A stretch of DNA of 64,000 nt from the human T2T-CHM13v2.0 reference genome, Homo sapiens, in assembly GCF_009914755.1 (NCBI RefSeq), contig NC_060926.1; one strand, written 5' to 3'. Position numbers and translations under genes: made by a program. Within the stretch, counting starts at the first letter, position 1. Each line of letters starts with the position of its first letter. The notes beneath the pieces are model-generated. The model was not told the DNA's origin, did no database searches, and was given only the letters and a program-made list of their open reading frames with translations. This document shows, piece by piece, positions 52,965 through 64,000 of the stretch.

Positions 52965-53150
52965 GTTTGGTGGTTCTCAGCACCAACTGCTTATTGGAAT
53001 CATCTGAGTAGATTTCAGAAAAGAAACTGTCAATGCCTGGCCCCAGCCCCTGAGAGTCTGCTGTTATTGGTCTCCAGTGGAACCTGGGCCCCAGCATTTT
53101 TCAAAGCTCCCCAGGTAATTTGAATGTGCAGTCAGAGTTGAAAGCAGCTG
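52965..53150. mobile_element. MER5-family DNA transposon
   Basis: tggttctcag...attggaatcatctg...tgcctggccccagcccctgagagtctg...tttcaaagctccccaggtaatttgaatgtgcagtcagagttgaaa. Confidence 0.75.
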
Positions 53151-53416
53151 CCATATCCAGTTTGGGTCTCCCTGCCTCTCCCATGTCCCTGGGTTGCCCC
53201 AGAAATTTTTTCTCATTCACTGATAATTTTATTGATCAATACAGAGTTTGCAAAAGTGAAGACAGACATGTCAGACCAAACACTGGATTCAGTGTTCTGT
53301 TCCATGAGACTGTTCCATGAGTTCATAGTTATTAAAACCAGAACTTAAGCGGGAAACTATAGCAAATGATAGAAACTGAATTTTCTCCTCAGTTTTTAAT
53401 TTTTAAAAACTTTTAA

Positions 53417-53823
<407 letters not shown>

Positions 53824-54217
53824 TCACCCCGTTCCCATTGCCTAGAATTTCTACGGCATTTGGACAAAGGTCAGGCCAGGCCATAGTACAGTAGTACGTG
53901 CTGGCTTTGGGCCTAGAGGGCTTCAGCTTGGCCTCCACTGGAATACCTTTAAATACTTTTCACACCTATGTGGGTGCTCCTGAAACTGAGTGGGTTCCCC
54001 CTGTGATAGGGCACAGGGTAGGGGCACCCTTCCAGCTCCTCCCCGGTGTCACTCTCTCCCTTATCACCTTTAGTTTCTTTTCTACCTGGGCCTTAGGTGT
54101 CCCAGTCCCCTATCTTCGGTGAATCCAAAAATCCATATCCTTTTTTTTGCCTTGTATTCTGTTTTTTGATTTTGTAAGTAATACATATTCTTTGGAAAAA
54201 TTAGAAAATAGAAATAG

Positions 54218-54733
<516 letters not shown>

Positions 54734-55458
54734 CATTAGTCATTGTTAACCGGAGTATCCCTGCAGACTTTATTCTATGCATATTTCATATCTGTTTAGT
54801 GTCGTTTGTAGAAATGGAGTCATGCTGCATTGTAGCACACTTTCCTCTGTGTAATAACTAGCAGTCATTTATTGAGCATTTACCATGTGTGGGGCAGGCA
54901 CACAGGGGTAAAGTTTTCATAGTTCTCTCTTAGTTTTCAGGACAGCTCCGAGGCAGGTGGTAGCAGCCCCACCTTTCAGAAAGGAAACTGAGATTCAGTC
55001 CAGGAGCTTGACCAGAGGTTGATGTTTCACAAGGGATGAAGCTGGAATCCAAGCCAAGGATATCTGACATTAGAGCTGATGCTTGTGTCTGTAGACTGCT
55101 GCCTCCCTCCTAGGACCGTCTTTGCATGTTGAACTCATTTACCAAATATGTATTGAGTAGAGGACATCCTTTTCCTTAGTATTTTTTCCTTTCCACTTTA
55201 ATGTGAATGACTCTAGTGTTTTACACTTAAGTGTGGGTATTGCTGATTGTTTGAGGTCTTCTGGTTGTTGGTTTGAATTCTTCTATATCATGTTGAAGAA
55301 ATGGTTTCATTACATTTTATTAAGAAGTTTTTTTTTCCAATTAGTAGTGGATGTTTGCTTTTGTCATGTCTGTTTAGCATGGTTTGAAGATCAAATGATA
55401 TTTCTCCTATTGAATTGTCTTTGCATTCTTTGAATATACTATACTTGGTAATGGGGTG

Positions 55459-55754
<296 letters not shown>

Positions 55755-55986
55755 TGATGGGGTATTTTTTTAACATGCTGTTTGATTTGATTTATTAACA
55801 TAGGAGTTTTGCATCTATATTTATGAATCAGATTGACCTATAATTTTCCTTTTGTGTTTTTGTTGTCAGATGTTAGTATTAGAATAATAGTAACTTCATA
55901 TAATGGACTGTGAAGGCTTTTCTTCTTTATTCTTTGGTATAATTTAAATAGTACTGCTTAAATAATAATTCGATTCTTTTTATTGG

Positions 55987-56281
55987 GGCTGGGCGCAGTG
56001 GCTCTCACGCCTGTAATCCCAGCTCTTTGGGAGGCCGAGGTGGGTGGATCACGAGGTCAGGAGATCGAGACCATCCTGGCTAACACAGTGAAACCCCGTC
56101 TCTACTGAAAATACAAAAAAAAATTAGCCGGGCGTGGTGGCGGGTGCTTGTATTCCCAGTTACTTGGGAGGCTGAGGCAGGAGAATGGTGTGAACTGAGG
56201 AGGCGGAGCTTGCAGTGAGCCGAGATCGCACCACTGCCCTCCAGCCTGGGCGACAGAGCGAGACTCCATCTCAAAAAAAAA
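55987..56281 (+). mobile_element. AluY
   Basis: GATCGAGACCATCCTGGCTAACAC and GCGGAGCTTGCAG diagnostics. Confidence 0.93.
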
Positions 56282-57779
56282 TAGTAATAATAATTCCATT
56301 CTTTTATGAGGGGTGGGTCTTTGCAGCTTTCTGATCTCCCCTCTACTCCCCATAACTAATGTTATCAAATATTTACTTTGTATTTTCCATAGAAATGATC
56401 CTTTTCAAATTTATTAACATAATATGTCTACAGCTACTGCTTTTCAGTTCCCTCAGTAGCTGTGGTTTTTTTTTAACTTTCTTCATTTCTAACATTGTAT
56501 ATTTTTTCTTTTTCTTCCATAGCTTTGCTGGAGTTTTATGTAATTTAAAAGCACACAGATCTGTCAGTTGTGCTGTTTTCTAAAGTATTAATTTCTACTG
56601 TAGTCTTATATAAATTGTCATCTTTTCCTTAGGTTTATTTGGTATGTCCTTTTTTCTGGATTCTCAGTTGGATCCTTAGCACATTTTTTCTATTTTTTTC
56701 TTCTTTGATAACAAATACATTTAAAAATATGACTTTCACCAAGTTCCACTGTGGCCTAATTCTCTTGGTTTTGATATTTTATGTCTGGAGTTCTTGGAGA
56801 GGTTTCGATGATATACCCAGCATGAGAATTCCGAGCCCCGATTTAGCCTGACCACCCTTCCTCCCAGTAAGGGCCCTGAGGAGAGTCCCTGTGCATGGCT
56901 TGGTGGCACAGCTAGGCAGTGCAGCACTTGGTGACTCCCTTGGGCTCTGTCTCTAAACCCCCAAATAGGGACCCTAGTAATAGCTTACCAGCTTAGCCAC
57001 CAGGACCTGTGGAATTTTTTTTTCTTTTTCTTTTTTACCCTAAGCAAAATCAGTTTGAATTTATTGCCTAGGATTAGAGCATATCCTAGGCCGAAATGGA
57101 AGTTTTGGTAGTATTTAGAAAAGCCTCGTACATTAGCACCAGAAGAAATGAAGCTATATGCTGGGGCAGTGAGAGAAAAAAAACTGAGACTTTGACCCAG
57201 AGTTGATGGCCTTGCTGAGCTGGTCTAGGCTGCAGGCTAAAGGCTTGCTCCCTGCATCTTTCATGAGCCTCTAGAAAATATGGTCCAGTTGGGATCCTTC
57301 AGTCCATGAAGAGTGTCCCAGGATGGAGAGAACAGAAGAGAGGGACCCACAGTGCCAGGAAAAATGTGGTGGACATCTCTTAGACACCACCTCCTGGGCT
57401 CCACTGAAAACCCATTTCTGGATTTCTCCCTTAGAGTGCAGAGTATAGGGTAACAGTGATCATGTGGTGAAGGCACAGTCTCCCCTCTCTGGGTCCAGCA
57501 GCGCCTAGTGCAGTAGGGACAGCCCTCTGTGTCCCAGTCTGAACCTGTTCAAGCCATCAGAGGAATGACTTGGCCCAAGGGTCGCACCCAAGGGAGAAGG
57601 TGCAGTGCCTTGGGGGAAGATATTCTTACCCTTTATCCTAACTCCTTAGAGAGCCGTGATGGTCAGGAGAAAGGGATAGGCAGGGAGAGGAAGAAAGGAT
57701 GGACTTTTGAGTTCAACCAAGAAACCAATGGTAGCGGATTGTTTTTTTCCAAAATGCAGAAAGTTTTGAATTTTAAATG

Positions 57780-58500
57780 AGAATAATGTACGCCCATTTA
57801 AATAAATCAATATAAAAGTACATAATTAGAAACTGAGAATCCCTATTTCTTCTCCATCCCAGTATAATCACTATTAACAATTTATATATATCTTTCCAGA
57901 CTTAAAAATGAGTACATGAACTTACTGCCTTCCTGCAGTAATGTGTTTGTACCCTACTTATTTTTGAGTAGTCTTTTATTCGCTCATAAATAGGTTGAAG
58001 ACACCTTTCCATGTCAGTACATCTGTCTTTGCCTTTTACATGACTATTGAATATTTCATTTTATGGCTGTATTATAATTTAACTTCTTATTGATGGACAT
58101 TTACAGTTCTAATTTTTTTGCAATTATAAATGTTGAGGTTATCAATATATTTGTATATAGATTTTTTTGGTTACTTAAGTGTTTGTATAGAACAAAATCA
58201 TACAAATGAAATTTTAATTGACATTACCAAGTTACTCTCCCCAAAGGTAATTTGATAATATCTATCAAATTTACCTTCCCACCAACACTGAGTGAGGAAT
58301 TATCAGTCCTTAATTTTTGCCATTTGGCTAGGTAAAATATCTCATTTTAATATCTTCTATTAGTAAAATTGAGAATGTTTTAAAACGTTAGCCATTTTGC
58401 ATTTATTCTGTGTATTACCTATGTCCATTGCCTATTACATCCATATTACTCTTAGATTGTCTTTTTATTGATCCACAAAAGTTCTTAATATATTATCAGT
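57780..58500 (-). mobile_element. Old L1ME-type fragment
   Basis: AT-rich; ctttccatgtcagtaca, tattgatggacattta, ccttcccaccaacac, atctcattttaa, gccattttgcatt motifs of antisense L1M 3' region. Confidence 0.65.
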
Positions 58501-58506
58501 ATATTA

Positions 58507-58782
<276 letters not shown>

Positions 58783-58797
58783 TTCAATGGACTGTTA

Positions 58798-60405
<1,608 letters not shown>

Positions 60406-60421
60406 GAAACCTCTTCTGTCT

Positions 60422-60755
<334 letters not shown>

Positions 60756-61424
60756 TAGTATAGCTTTCATCGTTATGAGGGTTTTGATACTAACTTCTGT
60801 TACGTTTTGAAAAAAATTTTGGCCTGTTTGTCTTTCATTGTGTCTATCATAAAAATTTGATTTTTATACAACGAGAATTCATCAGTATTTTGGCTTTTCT
60901 TACTTAAGTTTTATTTTAGATGTTCAGATTTCTAAGGTGAGATTTATTTTTGCATGCGATATAAGATAGGGATTGAACTTTTCCTAAATAGAAAGCCTGT
61001 TATCCCCAATCTATTTATTGGGTATTTGTAGTTTCCCTTGTAGTGTATGAATTCTACCTTAAGCATTTCATAAGTACTCTTACAGTCATGGGTGTTTTAA
61101 GGCCTCTTTTTACTTCCATTGACTTATTTGTCTGATTCTGTGTATTTCATTGTTTTAATTACCACCATTTTTATATAATACTTTGGTTTAAAACATACTT
61201 CTTACTTTTTTTTTTTTTTTTGGCATTTCTTTCTCCAAATAAGCTTATAAACAACTTACCATGTTCTGCGAAAAATACTGGGATTTTTCAGTTGGAATCA
61301 CATGAAACGTACAGGTTATTTTGGGGAGAATAGATAGCTTTACAATGAATCTTCCTATCCAGAGAAAGGGAAGTAGACCTTTCCGTTTATTCTAGTCTTT
61401 TTTGTGTGTTCATCAAAGTTTTAA

Positions 61425-61745
<321 letters not shown>

Positions 61746-62654
61746 GAAACGTTTTAAGGTTTTCTTCTTACACATTTCTTGTGAAGTTTCTTCCTAGATA
61801 TGCTGTAGCTGCTGTTGTTGCTGTTGGGAATGGGATCTTTTCTGTTATACTTTGTATCCCATCTTTGCCCGCATATTAGAAATGCAGCTGCTCTGTGCTG
61901 CCTCTTCTGACACTTCTGTCCCTTTCTCCCTCAAGTCCTCATGGTATATTGTCTGTACCTCCGTGGCAATACTGTGTGCCTGAGTGTGAGTTCCCAGTGG
62001 TGGGGTGCTCATCTCACTCCATTTCATGTCACCAGTACCTGGCACAAAGCCTAGCATGCGGTAAATCCTTTTAATAAACGCCGTGGCATCAGATTGATGA
62101 GAGGGACAGTGAGCTTCACCTCTTCAAAGTGTGACAGCCTGGGCCAATGTGAGCAGCAGAATCTCAAGCAGCCCTGGCTCCAGGCCCTGCAGGCTGTGAT
62201 CTGGATAACAGATTGGGCACCCTCCTTGTCCCCGCAGGAAAAAGGAGGTCCTGGGCCATTTTTCCACGTGCAGACATCAGGGAGGAGCCCTCTGAGCCTC
62301 TATCTCATTATTATCCTGAGACCCACAGCCCCCTTGTTGTTAGCCCTCATTAGTGCTAACTAGTTGGGAGAACTGCTTTCTTAGCTTCCAATCATTTCAA
62401 GGTAGCACAAACAAACTTATCTGCAGCTTCCCTTAGGGGATGAGGACTCATCAAGGCTGGAAGCAGAGCTTGTACAGAACATTGTGAGATGGGTTCACAC
62501 CTATGTGCCCAGTCACCTTCTCTCATATGGTAGTGCCTTTCTTTTTTCTTCTACTATTCTCCTCCAGAGTATATGCATCCCCCCAACCCAGTATGTCCTA
62601 CGTGAAGTTTATTCCTATCCGTGTGCTAATCTTTACCATAGCGTTTGCATTTGT

Positions 62655-62935
62655 TTTTCCCTTGAGACAGAGTCTCACTCTGTCACCAAACCTGGAATGC
62701 AGTGGCATGATCTTAGCTTACTGCAATCTCTGCCTCTGGGTTCAAGTGATCCTCCCACCTCAGCCTCCCTAGTAGTTGGGACTACAGGTGCATACCACCA
62801 CACCCAGCTATTCTTTGTATTTTTTTAGAGATGGGGTTTCACCATATTGCCCAGGCTGGTCTTGATTTCTGGGGCATAAGTGGTCTGCCTGCCCAAAGTG
62901 TTGGGATTACAGGCATGAGCCACAGTGCCCAGGCT
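62655..62935 (-). mobile_element. Alu (AluJ-like)
   Basis: Antisense diverged Alu; TSD GTTTGCATTT. Confidence 0.9.
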
Positions 62936-64000
62936 TGGTGTTTGCATTTTATATGTAAGCTTTTGTTTGTAATTGGGGAATGGCAGGCACTATTCCTTGA
63001 TGGAGCTGTCTGGGGCATGCCAATTCACTCTGTACCCTTGGCAGTGGTTCCAGACTCTCAGGTCCCTGCCCCCACTGGTCTCTGCTGCCCCTGGAGCAAG
63101 GATGGTGATGTCTACCTGCCTTGGAGGGACCCAGGAACAAGGGAACTCCCACCTCTTGTTCAAGGGCTTGAGGGCTATGCCCTTGGAGAGAAGGGAATCC
63201 CTGCTGTTGTTAAGCAGGGGTCAGGATTTCTGCCTCTCAACATGCATAAAAAGAAGGTGGGAGTGAGGACGTGAGCTGATTTCTAATCCCTCTCTAGCAG
63301 TTGTGCATCTGGTTCAGCGTGTCCCGGGGTTTCCCTGGGTTTTGCTTGACCGCAGCAGTAAGCTGTTCCTCATTTATCCCGTGGTCTGTGCTCACCCTCC
63401 CCTTCCCACTCACTCATCTCCCATGCTCAGGGTGGCAGAGGACATAGAAATGCTTCTCTGGCTCCTCTGCTGGTTTGTTTTAATCCCTGGGAAACATTGG
63501 AACCAAGAGGACACTCAAGAAATACTGGATTGGGGAAAAGATCTGGAAGTATTGCTCTATCTGCCCCTATCCCCTGCTGTTGGTTTCTTACTTCATCTCC
63601 CAGTGCCCACCTGGGGCCTCTGAGTCTCCCCAGCCAGGTGGCCCTGAGGCTCCCCATGAGGCCCCAGCTGCATCCACAGCTGCATCTCTGCCAGCTCTGG
63701 AGGAGCTGCTTTCTCAGGGTGCTGAGCAGAGACTCTGACAGATGGACCTCCATGAACCGATGGAGCTGTTCCAGATGCCTCCTTACAGAGCAGAGCGCAT
63801 TCTGGCAGTGAGGCCACGATGCAGGGCTGCCTAGGGCTTTAGCCCACCCGTTGGACAAAGTCTGTTTCTACACTGCCACCTCCATCCATGTTTTGGCGTT
63901 TCAGAGAGCATCAGCACTGACCACTGAATGGCCAGGCCTGCATGTGCATATGGGAGGTGGGAAGAGACTACTGTCCCTGGTCAGCCTGTAAGAACCTCAG

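Overview
Human (primate) genomic DNA, recognisable as the DGUOK-TET3 interval (2p13.1). On the + strand are the last two coding exons and poly(A) signal of DGUOK (603-1389). A roughly 25-kb repeat-rich intergenic stretch follows, with a MaLR solo LTR, a tailless 5S rRNA retropseudogene and a small GC-rich promoter near 23.9 kb, probably that of antisense DGUOK-AS1. The 5' part of TET3 comes next: CpG-island promoter and non-coding exon 1, the CXXC-encoding exon 2 (CDS 28860-29162), a second CpG-island promoter with an alternative first exon for a CXXC-less isoform (about 45.2 kb), and a 57-nt exon 3, then intron. About 37 Alu copies plus MIR, MER, MLT and L1 fragments are present; their edges are approximate. 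Most ORF-track entries are Alu or GC-rich artefacts. I see no evidence of a wholly new gene system. The most unusual observations are: two roughly 220-bp local templated duplications in TET3 intron 2, one splitting an AluSp with no TSD; a 33-bp G:U-containing hairpin plus AUGA-coupled uORFs in the TET3 5'UTR; an overlapping uORF at the internal promoter; and an NMD-immune, hydrophobic-tailed DGUOK intron-retention frame.
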